This document shows positions 28,401 through 36,496 of a stretch of DNA of 64,000 bases, one piece after another. The notes beneath the pieces were generated by a model. It had not been told where the DNA came from and did not search any database. It was given only the letters and a program-made list of their open reading frames with translations. This DNA is from Candidatus Parcubacteria bacterium (GTDB lineage: Bacteria; Patescibacteriota; Microgenomatia; UBA1406; GWC2-37-13): assembly GCA_039798745.1 (NCBI GenBank), contig JBDKFK010000004.1, positions 21,178 to 85,177 of the forward strand, written 5' to 3'. Position numbers and translations under genes: made by a program. Position 1 is the stretch's first letter, and every line of letters begins with the position of its first letter.

Positions 28401-30615
28401 ATGCGGTTGGTTGTTGTACTACATACTCCTGTTTGTTCCCTATATAAACGGTGTGGCTTGCAGTTACTGTATTTCCACGTTCATCCGTTCCTTTTGCCGT
28501 AATTTCGTAGCTTCCGGTATCTTTATACGGCAAATCAAGGGGTATCGTGCCTTCGGCGCTTACGCTCGCTGACTTGGATGTAATAAGTGTTTTATTACTG
28601 TAATCAATTATTTTGTGAAGCGTTATATCCAGAGTTGTTTTTGTATAGGGTTCTCGTTCTTTTTTGTGATCAAGAACATGTATTGTTCCTTTGATCCCAT
28701 CTTCGACATTGCTTTCAACTTTATCAAAGAATAAAGCAAACTCTCCTCTATGGACAAGTTTAATGAGTTTTCCTATCGAAGGAGCCGCTCCTATTTTGGG
28801 TGTTACCTCGAGCGTAATGTACTGACTCTGGTCAAATTTTAGAAGATCTGTTGAAAATGATATCTGAGCTTTACCTTTAGCATCAAATGTGCCGCTGCCG
28901 GTTGTCAACTCTTCTCCATAACCATAAGATGAAAAGTTTTCACCCGGAAGTTGCTCATGGTTTCGGTCCCGTTCTTCATAATAGCTATTAGCTAGTACAC
29001 GGTATGTAAACGCCGCATTGGTAAGCGGCTGTCCATACAAAGTACGCGCAGATACAGTGATATGGGCTGTATCTTTGCTTATGTATTCTTTTTCAGATGT
29101 AGTCGCGGTAATTTCTAAGTCAGGTTTATGGTAAGACTCTATAAGAAGTTCCTGAGTATGAATCTGAGTATATGTATCTTTCTGTTTTCTGTAATAAATA
29201 ATGCGAGGAAATCCGTGAATCTCTTTTGGCAAATCAATATCGGCAGATATGGTACCGTTTTCATCAAGCTGTGTTTCAGTATACTGGGTGTGGTCGGTAT
29301 CTTTTACGGAAGAGCTGCTATCAAGATACTGATAATAGATTGCGCCTTCCGGGATTTTGTATTCACCCTTTTCACGAAGCCTTACTATAGTTTTTGTATG
29401 TACGGTATCACCAGGTTTATATACAGGCCTATCAGTATATGAGTATATAGAATAGTGATTGTTTACCAGCTCATAATAACGATCGGTGTAGGAGATGGCG
29501 AAGTTATTGTTACTACCCGTTATTACAAAATCGATACTGGTGTCATTATTCCTTTTATATATGCCATCCTTATCGGTAGTGCCCTGTCCTATAAGCTTAG
29601 GTGTGTTGTTAAGAGCATAGTAACTAACAGGTAATCCAGGCAGAGATTTTCCCTGCATATCCGTAGTCCATACGATCGAGCTGTCGTTATCCATAAATAC
29701 CTGATTTACATGGTCAGTCACATTAATTATAAGATCTTCGGTGTTGTGTGGACTGGTTAGTTTGACGTAGTATAGACCTGATTGTTGGAACGCGGGAATA
29801 TCTATGGAAATTCGCTCACTTGAGCCGTTACTGGCATTGGGTTGAGCATCAAAAGAGAGAATCTCATGTTGCTCAGGTTTCTGTTCGAAATAATACATAA
29901 GCTCCCATCTGTAGTCGTTTTTATACTGGAAGTAATTTACTACCTGGGATACCTCTGCAGGGAATACGGATACATGAATTGGCTGAGTATTATCGCTATA
30001 TGTTGTGCCACTTCCATAGTTTGCATAATACAGTTCCAGATTGCTTGGTTCGTTCACTCGTACGTTCAGCAGTTTATAATTGCTGTTCAGAGCTTGTGCA
30101 TCTTTGGATACTGTTCTAAACAGAATAACCTTATTTGAATTAATTGACTCACCTGATGCTGAAGTTATACCTTTATTGATGGTAATTTTATATACCGTAT
30201 CATACATAAACTGTTGTGGAAAGGAGTTTTGCTGAGTTTTGCCGGAGGTGAATGAGATGACTTGTTTATTTGGTTCCAGACGCCAGCTTCCTTTTATAGA
30301 CGGAGAGATACTGAAGTATTTTGTTATATCTTTTTCAGATATATTCAGTGGCTTGGAAAAAACAAACGTAGGCTCACCATTTACGGGAAACGATGTCGAC
30401 TGATCGTCTGGGGAGCTTTCGACTAACTCAAATTTAATATCCTTTTTGAGTAGTTTATCTGAAGGTCTTCGTGGTGTTGAAGACTTATTTATATAGAGCC
30501 CCACTGCAAGAGCACCGATTATGAGTAGGAACGGTACTACAAAGCGGAATATATGATGACCTTTGTTGTGCGGGCCTTCGGCAATCAACAATAAATCATC
30601 CTCATCAGTCTGCAT
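25420..30615 (-). CDS. Giant membrane-anchored alpha-2-macroglobulin-like protein interrupted by a Hint domain
   Basis: 1731 aa with an N-terminal TM helix and many Ig-like (MG-like) segments with YKPGDTV-type strands. After residue 1053 comes PRHNFVDTAYWNPHVKTNEQGIASVSFKLPDNTTTF, the conserved A2M-family segment. No CxEQ thioester motif occurs in the translation. Confidence 0.7.
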   Translation of the reverse strand: MQTDEDDLLLIAEGPHNKGHHIFRFVVPFLLIIGALAVGLYINKSSTPRRPSDKLLKKDIKFELVESSPDDQSTSFPVNGEPTFVFSKPLNISEKDITKYFSISPSIKGSWRLEPNKQVISFTSGKTQQNSFPQQFMYDTVYKITINKGITSASGESINSNKVILFRTVSKDAQALNSNYKLLNVRVNEPSNLELYYANYGSGTTYSDNTQPIHVSVFPAEVSQVVNYFQYKNDYRWELMYYFEQKPEQHEILSFDAQPNASNGSSERISIDIPAFQQSGLYYVKLTSPHNTEDLIINVTDHVNQVFMDNDSSIVWTTDMQGKSLPGLPVSYYALNNTPKLIGQGTTDKDGIYKRNNDTSIDFVITGSNNNFAISYTDRYYELVNNHYSIYSYTDRPVYKPGDTVHTKTIVRLREKGEYKIPEGAIYYQYLDSSSSVKDTDHTQYTETQLDENGTISADIDLPKEIHGFPRIIYYRKQKDTYTQIHTQELLIESYHKPDLEITATTSEKEYISKDTAHITVSARTLYGQPLTNAAFTYRVLANSYYEERDRNHEQLPGENFSSYGYGEELTTGSGTFDAKGKAQISFSTDLLKFDQSQYITLEVTPKIGAAPSIGKLIKLVHRGEFALFFDKVESNVEDGIKGTIHVLDHKKEREPYTKTTLDITLHKIIDYSNKTLITSKSASVSAEGTIPLDLPYKDTGSYEITAKGTDERGNTVTASHTVYIGNKQEYVVQQPTASIKMTTQKSTYQPGEEATVNVRADFDLSDTATIITTAPGYTTSIDTFRISKQNPNSFEIKIPISPTSAGSIGINLFSVHEGKIVQSQAIVSVDPELYKLKTSVAFDKSEYKPGDTVKATISTKNSEDKPVSADTSLSVIDSAVLQIAGDLGNIFGSFYNQNNYYLYVSHFDSLTGIYKQSGGGGGGCFVAGTTILMADGTLKSIEDVMVGDVISTFENPQNGRLINDKVTRTFRHVVDEYLTINGSLNVTPIHRIYLNGTWQTASQARIGDKLINKDGEAVVIDSITHHTGQYVVYNLTTATTHTFIAEGIYVHNEKGMDPRHNFVDTAYWNPHVKTNEQGIASVSFKLPDNTTTFTSQVVASTKQSQFGQSIAEFISKKDVVIIPALSKYYYQNDKPVMTALVQNNSGREIQATMKLSVKELKGSVEKSIKIANNDFETVLLPVALNSNKNEVSITYELKDTASGNILDSVLVKQPLLPREDIVTDWMQYENGYTYTYNAKHPGLDVNTLSVRVAPHVATMLSQTSYNDLSSPFYYGSTSDALRIYASSIILAQTKNGYIAPSLYKYAHVKNSLRTKIADILEKRLETTQKNIWWTHPDTYAKESDGLYTTMIGIGLKEALSNGVLDEILNASDIVKKISTSVANNEVAFFKTDEESVIKRWLLGYGDGNDCTNAYISSCYASKAMRGDKKALESLRSLTVPSSDDRYFWSTPSQYTRSLPALAMILYGSPEDADKAVKGLSYQYMSYYSNNPYLALVAGVRHALRRNLDFDTPVATLYLNDKKIYERTSDDQYNGGFSADYHAINFSNDKITVEMKHNEGLPIYTSLSTVELGSRTKKTTAAKHVITGFVRSYRSLDDGKRIKRIETGSSGIIELLAINPVTHIYEPDDLSYTEFQLYDMIPPGFMYLNQDSNNSPEYQNMLRSIYPEAESYKQTYISASDYTEQSVYFDANAESGTLTLPYIVYHITDGEIYRPKSSLIFPKLGIIANEE
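27457..27843 (-). other. Mini Hint / bacterial-intein-like autoprocessing domain (residues 925-1053 of the macroglobulin-like protein)
   Basis: The N-terminal block is CFVAGTTILMADGTLKSIEDVMVGDVI (Cys codon at 27843-27841). The C-terminal block is VYNLTTATTHTFIAEGIYVHN (Asn codon at 27459-27457). SGGGGGG precedes it and Glu follows it. At about 129 aa there is no room for an endonuclease. Confidence 0.8.
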
Positions 30616-30659
30616 ATATTCATTGTAGTGATATGCTGCGACATGTCAAGATCCAGGAT

Positions 30660-31202
30660 TTACTGTTCGAATGCCGGAAAGTCTTCATCTCCGTTGGCAG
30701 ACTTGGCATTGTCGTTAAGCCATTCAACATGTGTACATCCAGTTGCTTCTTTTTTCACACGGTCCCAGCCGGCTGTACTACATTTTTTCATGCGTTTACC
30801 GTTGGCTGTTGTTACGAGAAGCAGTGGTTGTCCGCATTCGGGACATTCTTCTTTCAATGTTTCTTTGGTGCCGTTAAACCACTCAACATAATCACAACCC
30901 GTTGCTTTTTTTGCGTCACGATCCCAACCTGAAGTGCTGCATTTTTTTAGTTTTTTTCCGTTCCTGGTGGTCATCATTACTAAAGGATTTCCACATTTGG
31001 GACATTTTTCATCCAGCTCTTCGGGCGTTGCTTCAATCCATTTAACATAGTCACAGCCCTCGACCTGACGGGTTTCTCTATTCCAGGATCCTGCTGAGCA
31101 TCTCTGGAGTTTTTTTCCTGACGGAGTCTCGGTAACAGGTGACAGGGGAGATCCGCATTTTGGACAAGTATCTGGGTTAGTGGTTTTAGATTCTTTTTTC
31201 AT
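30660..31202 (-). CDS. Protein with three tandem 4-Cys zinc-ribbon repeats (topoisomerase-type C4 finger-like)
   Basis: The three repeats are: CPKCGSPLSPVTETPSGKKLQRCSAGSWNRETRQVEGCDYVKW; CPKCGNPLVMMTTRNGKKLKKCSTSGWDRDAKKATGCDYVEW; CPECGQPLLLVTTANGKRMKKCSTAGWDRVKKEATGCTHVEW. I prefer the ATG at 31202 to the TTG at 31259. Confidence 0.6.
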   Translation of the reverse strand: MKKESKTTNPDTCPKCGSPLSPVTETPSGKKLQRCSAGSWNRETRQVEGCDYVKWIEATPEELDEKCPKCGNPLVMMTTRNGKKLKKCSTSGWDRDAKKATGCDYVEWFNGTKETLKEECPECGQPLLLVTTANGKRMKKCSTAGWDRVKKEATGCTHVEWLNDNAKSANGDEDFPAFEQ

Positions 31203-31259
31203 AGTGATTAATAAGTGTATAGACTCTTCAAGTATTTTGCAATCGCATATACTCTTCAA

Positions 31260-32516
31260 TTAGAATTCATTTTGTTGAACTCTACACGTTTTGGGTACGT
31301 ATGTGTAGCTCCATTTTGATAATTTTTCCAGTGGACAGTTTACCTCAAATGCGTTACGGAACACCCGCGACTGAAAGACAAAATACGTGCGCATATCATA
31401 GAGAATGGAAAAGAGTACAAGGCATGCTATACATATAAATACTGGTTTTTGAAATCCGGTGATTTTTATCTGAGAGAGCATGATTACTCCGTTGCCAATA
31501 AAGTAAATTATGCCCGGTAGTGCGGTAAATGTTCTTAACATATTAGGGTTATCAGATAAAGGTGTAAGTAGAGTGGGTATAATCGCTATAGCTATATAGA
31601 AAAGAAAGAGAAGAGAGTATCGGTCACGCTTTATATAGAATATCCGGATCAATCCCGAAATAAAAAAAAGGCTCATCACTATATTCAGAGCGGGCTTACC
31701 CGGATAGTTATGTCTGCCATTCATATCCCCTTTGGTAAATAACATCTGAGCCGATTTAAGTGTATTTTGGCCAACAATAGACACTTTGCCTAAACTGTTT
31801 ATACGATTATTTGTAAGGACCGATACCTGAGACATACGTACATCAGGATGACGGGTAAAATAAATTACTAAGGGCGCTATAATTATTGTTAATACAACAA
31901 CATACATTGCAAATGTTTTTCGCCGCATGAAAAAGATATACGAAAGAGGCACAAGGAAAAAAATCCTTCCCGGCAAGTACGAATAAAACGCGAGTCCGGC
32001 GAACACTGCACTTATAACTGCATATATTCGATTACTGTGCTTTGAGTTTTCAAACATAAAGTAGATTGAAAAAAGCTCAAGAGTAAGTAAAAAAGTCGCC
32101 TCAAAAGAAAAGCGGCTAAAGTTGAGGTACCACCGAGTTGTGATAAGGAGCAGCGCGAATATAAAAGCAATATAGTTTGTTTTGAAAATAAGCTTTATTA
32201 TCAAGAAGAAAACTGCAATGTTGATAATGCCAAATAAGGCCGCAGGTAAGCGTAGCGCAAACACTGTGGTGTCGAACAGTTTGAACGACGCAAGTATAAG
32301 ATAGTAGTAAGGAGTTGCATGTCCAGTCGCGAGCGGACTATACAAAGTAAAAGGATGAGTGCCCAGATATGTTGCAAGCTGTGTAGAGTCAACTTCGTCA
32401 AATGCAAGGTTTTGGGGGATAGAAGAAAATTTGTAGAAAACGAGAACAGCTGAGATGAGCATGAGCAGACTTATATACACCCAGGCTGGGATAGCTTCAA
32501 TCTTTTTCAGATTCAT
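31260..32516 (-). CDS. Polytopic GT-C membrane glycosyltransferase (family 39 / ArnT-PMT-like)
   Basis: More than 8 TM helices, and a first-loop acidic motif NLAFDEVDSTQLA typical of the ArnT/PMT fold. Confidence 0.5.
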   Translation of the reverse strand: MNLKKIEAIPAWVYISLLMLISAVLVFYKFSSIPQNLAFDEVDSTQLATYLGTHPFTLYSPLATGHATPYYYLILASFKLFDTTVFALRLPAALFGIINIAVFFLIIKLIFKTNYIAFIFALLLITTRWYLNFSRFSFEATFLLTLELFSIYFMFENSKHSNRIYAVISAVFAGLAFYSYLPGRIFFLVPLSYIFFMRRKTFAMYVVVLTIIIAPLVIYFTRHPDVRMSQVSVLTNNRINSLGKVSIVGQNTLKSAQMLFTKGDMNGRHNYPGKPALNIVMSLFFISGLIRIFYIKRDRYSLLFLFYIAIAIIPTLLTPLSDNPNMLRTFTALPGIIYFIGNGVIMLSQIKITGFQKPVFICIACLVLFSILYDMRTYFVFQSRVFRNAFEVNCPLEKLSKWSYTYVPKTCRVQQNEF

Positions 32517-32575
32517 GCTCTTAGTTTATCATGAACTAATGTGAATAGAATTGACTATGAATTCATGAGAGTGTT

Positions 32576-34201
32576 ATGATGAAATATTCTGTAATTTCTA
32601 TGTTAACACCACAGACAATAGCCTATTTGAAGCAATGTAAAATGCTTCTCAAAACATACGAGGAAGTTGAGACGGAACTTCGCATGCATAATTGGGACGA
32701 TCATTCGTTGGAGGAGGTACGACAGTGGTATTATGAGCCATTCAATGAAATACACGATGCGCACACCCACGGGCATAATGTGCGTTTATGGAAAATTCTT
32801 ATCATTGGTTCAGCGCTCACGGTATGGTCGGTGATCAGCATACTCCTTTTATTAGTGGCATATGAAAAGATATCCACGGGTAGAGAAAACATTGATCGGA
32901 CGATATCTAATTTTATTGTAGGACTGCCCTTCATGCCAAAGACTGTCAGGTATGTTCTTGAACACTCAATTGCAAAAAGCAGCGCGGCAAAAAAAGCTAC
33001 TCTCGATGTATCTGTAGCTCTTGATTACGATGGGCTGAACGGTCTTACCGGACTCACGTCATTTGACGCTGCGGTAAACGGACCATTTGATTTTACAAAT
33101 GTTAAAAAGCCGCAAATGTCATTTAACATTTCCATAACAAAAGATTTTAATATGGATCTGCGATTAAAGAATTCGATGACCTACTTCAAGGTTAATAAAC
33201 TGCCGATCTATGTAACCGCGTTATTAGGATCACAGGCAGAGATAGTAGAAAAATATAAGAGCCGATGGATTTCGTATGACACAACACCACTGGAAACCGA
33301 GGCACGTAAAAGTATGGATACCCTATCTCCGCAAAAATCACCAACCGAAAAACTGAATGAGGCCATTTATACGCGACTTATAAAAAAACAAATACTTCCA
33401 AGAATAAAAATGGAAAAGCTGAAGGAAGCAGACACCAAACTATACAAGTTGCATCTTGATATAACCAAGGATTTGGTAAATACTATCGAAGATGAACTTA
33501 CAAAGACAAACAAAAACAACGTAAAGGACGATATACCCACCTATGGTACAAAATTTAAAACAGCAGATTACATTGATACATCGTATGTTGATATGTGGAT
33601 TAATGCCAACGACTACTATATTTCCAAGATCGTATTTTCGGTAAAAACCAAAGAGCTAGGGGATACATCATCTTCTAGCAGCAATTCCCTGGGATATATT
33701 CCAGGCGTTGAATCTTCAGGAGGCACTGTGTCCATGGTTCTTGCAATAGCTTATTCTGATTACGGTAAAGATGTTACCATCGAAGTCCCCTCGGATGCCA
33801 TAACATTTGAAGATTTTTACAAGGAGATTACAAATGACTACATTAATAAGCAAAACGCGATCGCTATGGCTGCACGGGTAAAATATGATATATCGACTAT
33901 TCAGTATGCTGCTATCCGTTATTACACGCGCACCGGTTTATATCCAGAAACAATAGCCCAACTTGTTAACGAAGGGGAGTTAACAGCAGAGTTTGAGGCT
34001 GTGGCCGGCACAGAGCGAATTTATCTCAAAGCTCTGGGTCCTGACAAGATAGTAATATACTCACTTGTTGAGGATCCTTCCAATACTGCAGCTCCGTATG
34101 CGGCAATAGTAGTGAGTTCAGAGGATGGCACAAACATGCCTTATGTAAGAAATTACACGAAGATTGAACTGAGTGGACTTATCGGAATGCCTATACAATG
34201 A
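32576..34201 (+). CDS. Hypothetical membrane-anchored protein
   Basis: 541 aa with one TM helix near residue 80. The C-terminal AIRYYTRTGLYPETIAQLVNEGEL resembles pseudopilin-like helices only loosely. Confidence 0.4.
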   Translation: MMKYSVISMLTPQTIAYLKQCKMLLKTYEEVETELRMHNWDDHSLEEVRQWYYEPFNEIHDAHTHGHNVRLWKILIIGSALTVWSVISILLLLVAYEKISTGRENIDRTISNFIVGLPFMPKTVRYVLEHSIAKSSAAKKATLDVSVALDYDGLNGLTGLTSFDAAVNGPFDFTNVKKPQMSFNISITKDFNMDLRLKNSMTYFKVNKLPIYVTALLGSQAEIVEKYKSRWISYDTTPLETEARKSMDTLSPQKSPTEKLNEAIYTRLIKKQILPRIKMEKLKEADTKLYKLHLDITKDLVNTIEDELTKTNKNNVKDDIPTYGTKFKTADYIDTSYVDMWINANDYYISKIVFSVKTKELGDTSSSSSNSLGYIPGVESSGGTVSMVLAIAYSDYGKDVTIEVPSDAITFEDFYKEITNDYINKQNAIAMAARVKYDISTIQYAAIRYYTRTGLYPETIAQLVNEGELTAEFEAVAGTERIYLKALGPDKIVIYSLVEDPSNTAAPYAAIVVSSEDGTNMPYVRNYTKIELSGLIGMPIQ

Positions 34202-34211
34202 TCATACATAT

Positions 34212-34574
34212 TCAGTTCCAACGGCGATCCTCTTCATTTTGTTGAATATAGTCTAGGACTGCCGACTTGTTTACAACAAAATTGTCTCCTGTTGCTGCCA
34301 TTGAAACAAGTCCCATTTCATGGAGTTGTTTCATAATTCTTACTGATTTGGCATGTTCACAGTTAAGGTAATGCTGCATTTGCTGTATAGTGACCTGATC
34401 AACAGAGTTAAGTATGGCCACAGCTTTTGGGATAGCTCCCTGGTCGTTTCCTTCTATTCCGGTTACAACCTCTTCATCTGCTTCAGCCGTAACGTACAAA
34501 TCTTCCTCTATCTGAGAGATGCGTTCTTCCAGATCATTAATTTTTTTGAGAATTTCCTTCAGAAGATCTTCCAT
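34212..34574 (-). CDS. Small protein with an FtsK-gamma-like winged helix
   Basis: An N-terminal coiled coil. The C-terminal VTIQQMQHYLNCEHAKSVRIMKQLHEMGLV resembles the FtsK gamma wHTH (SxLQRxLxIGYxRAxxIxDxLE..GIV). Confidence 0.35.
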   Translation of the reverse strand: MEDLLKEILKKINDLEERISQIEEDLYVTAEADEEVVTGIEGNDQGAIPKAVAILNSVDQVTIQQMQHYLNCEHAKSVRIMKQLHEMGLVSMAATGDNFVVNKSAVLDYIQQNEEDRRWN

Positions 34575-34626
34575 AATACTACAATGATACTACGTTTTGT
34601 TCTATTTGACAATCTAAAACATAAGT

Positions 34627-35346
34627 TTACCTTCTGCGGTGATTGATTATCTTCAGGAGTATTACTGTTACCATATGCACCGCTATAGTGATAAACAACA
34701 TAGTATCAATTCGTTCGATATAGGGGTTTGCTGCTGAAAGAAGAGAGAGCGGAGAGAGTCTACCGCCGCCGAGCAATGAAAGAGGGTTGATTTTAAATAT
34801 AAAGAACAGTCCCGCAATGATAATTATTATTGGCAGTATATAAACGAAATCAATAAGGTCCTGGCGTGAGGAAAACATCATCGTTGATACAACCAGAAGT
34901 ATGTATACAGATGCTATATTAACCCAGATGTTTGGAGAGGGGAATATACGAAAAGCAGAAAACACAAGAAAGAACACTACTCCTGCTATTACAGGCGCAA
35001 CACCCACAAGGATTCCTCTGAAGAAATCTTTTCGTATATATATTACCTTACCCAGTTTCAACTCATTGCCTTTCCATTCAGGCAGAAGATGGAGAGATTT
35101 TACTTCCAGCAAGAGAAGTATTGCCGCTCCGTAGTGAGCCAGTTCGTGCAGGAGAGTTCCGGGAAAAAAAAAGAACGCGATAAGTATATATACGTGGCGA
35201 TCTTTGTAAAATGTCCTTTGAAGGAGACGAAACAAACCATTGAGCGTGAATCTTGATAATATATAGAGAAGAACAATGCTTCCAATCATGATAAGCAATG
35301 GTTGTGCCGGGTGCATGTATACATTGTAGCGTATAGAGCGGTCCAC
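34627..35346 (-). CDS. Polytopic membrane protein with an HExxH motif (putative zinc metalloprotease)
   Basis: LLHELAHYGAA sits within a TM-rich 239-aa protein. Confidence 0.45.
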   Translation of the reverse strand: MDRSIRYNVYMHPAQPLLIMIGSIVLLYILSRFTLNGLFRLLQRTFYKDRHVYILIAFFFFPGTLLHELAHYGAAILLLLEVKSLHLLPEWKGNELKLGKVIYIRKDFFRGILVGVAPVIAGVVFFLVFSAFRIFPSPNIWVNIASVYILLVVSTMMFSSRQDLIDFVYILPIIIIIAGLFFIFKINPLSLLGGGRLSPLSLLSAANPYIERIDTMLFITIAVHMVTVILLKIINHRRR

Positions 35347-35365
35347 TATGCTATCATATATCTAT

Positions 35366-35713
35366 ATGAATAATGTATGCTTGATAGATAAACATTGTAA
35401 GCCATGCGAGGGAGGCGTTCCTCCTCTGAGCCAGGAAGAAGTAACGCGCCTTTCTTCGGAACTGAAACTTGAGTGGAACGTGACGGAAGGTAAAAAAATA
35501 TCACACCTATTTAAGTTTAAAGATTTTGTACAGGCTATAGCATTTGTTAATGCTATCGTCCCGCTCGCCGAGCAGGAAGGTCATCATCCTGATATCCAGA
35601 TCTCTTATAATAAGGTAACTATCGATTTATGGACGCATGCTATAGGCGGGCTCTCAGAAAATGACTTTATATTAGCATCTAAAATAGAAGCTCTTGATTT
35701 AGCAAAAGCCTGA
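35366..35713 (+). CDS. 4a-hydroxytetrahydrobiopterin dehydratase (PCD/DCoH)
   Basis: EGHHPDIQISYNKVTIDLWTHAIGGLSENDFILASKI is the PCD core. I take the ATG at 35366. Confidence 0.85.
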   Translation: MNNVCLIDKHCKPCEGGVPPLSQEEVTRLSSELKLEWNVTEGKKISHLFKFKDFVQAIAFVNAIVPLAEQEGHHPDIQISYNKVTIDLWTHAIGGLSENDFILASKIEALDLAKA

Positions 35714-35731
35714 TGCTATTATCTTGATAAT

Positions 35732-36361
35732 ATGTCTAAATATCTGATAGAGTTTTTGGGAGCATTCTTTTTGGTTCTTACAATTGCACTCTCTGCAAAT
35801 CCGCTCGCGATTGGCGTGGTACTTGTGGCAATGGTTTATATGGGTGGATATATCTCTGGAGCTCACTATAATCCTGCTGTAACTCTTGCCGTATATCTTC
35901 GTGGAAAAATAGAGCTCGTCCCTGCGCTGCTTTATATGCTGTTTCAGATTCTCGGAGGATTTGTTGCGGCCTTAGTGGTGGGGTATGTGAGCGGTAAAAT
36001 GTTTACACCTGCCCCGGGACCGGAAGTTACCGGACAAGCAGTTTTTCTCATAGAGGCGCTCTACACCTTTGCGTTGGCTACGGTGGTTCTTCATGTCGCA
36101 ACATCGGTGGGAACTGAGGATAATGAATATTATGGGTTAGCGATAGGATTTACTGTTATGGCTGCCGCATTCGCTGGAGGTCCTGTTTCGGGTGGTGTAT
36201 ATAATCCCGCCGTCGCTATAGGACCTATGCTGCTGGATACCGCAAACATAGGAGCGAATACTTCACATTTATTGCTATATATCCTTGGACCTTTGACCGG
36301 CGGAGCGCTCGCAGGGCTTACATACAACGCGATGACGGGGTCAAAGATTAGAGGAAAATAA
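35732..36361 (+). CDS. MIP-family channel (aquaporin/glycerol facilitator-like)
   Basis: Two NPA boxes: SGAHYNPAVTLA and SGGVYNPAVAIG. Six TM helices. Confidence 0.9.
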   Translation: MSKYLIEFLGAFFLVLTIALSANPLAIGVVLVAMVYMGGYISGAHYNPAVTLAVYLRGKIELVPALLYMLFQILGGFVAALVVGYVSGKMFTPAPGPEVTGQAVFLIEALYTFALATVVLHVATSVGTEDNEYYGLAIGFTVMAAAFAGGPVSGGVYNPAVAIGPMLLDTANIGANTSHLLLYILGPLTGGALAGLTYNAMTGSKIRGK

Positions 36362-36407
36362 CTGAGTGTAAAAACCCTCAATATGTGATACAATATATAT
36401 CACAATA

Positions 36408-36430
36408 GGCAGGCTTACTGGCCTGTCTTT
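36408..36430 (+). terminator. Candidate intrinsic terminator after the aquaporin gene
   Basis: GGCAGGC, loop TTACTG, GCCTGTC (one G.U pair), followed by TTTCTTATT. Confidence 0.5.
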
Positions 36431-36496
36431 CTTATTACTAAATATTAGTGCCGAATACTGCTACGTATCAGTTATTCTGCCGGTTTATATATCATT

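Noticed and set aside
25420-30615. Thioester (CxEQ) site expected in an alpha-2-macroglobulin homolog
   Set aside because: No CxEQ occurs in the translation. The only Cys residues are C925 of the Hint domain and the two in NDCTNAYISSCYAS. I treat the protein as a thioester-less A2M-like protein.
36384-36404. The palindrome TGTGATA-N7-TATCACA between the aquaporin gene and typA, as a possible operator
   Set aside because: The arms are only 7 bp, in AT-rich DNA. It overlaps a plausible extended -10 (TGATACAAT) and sits just before a terminator-like hairpin. The evidence is not enough to call a regulatory site.
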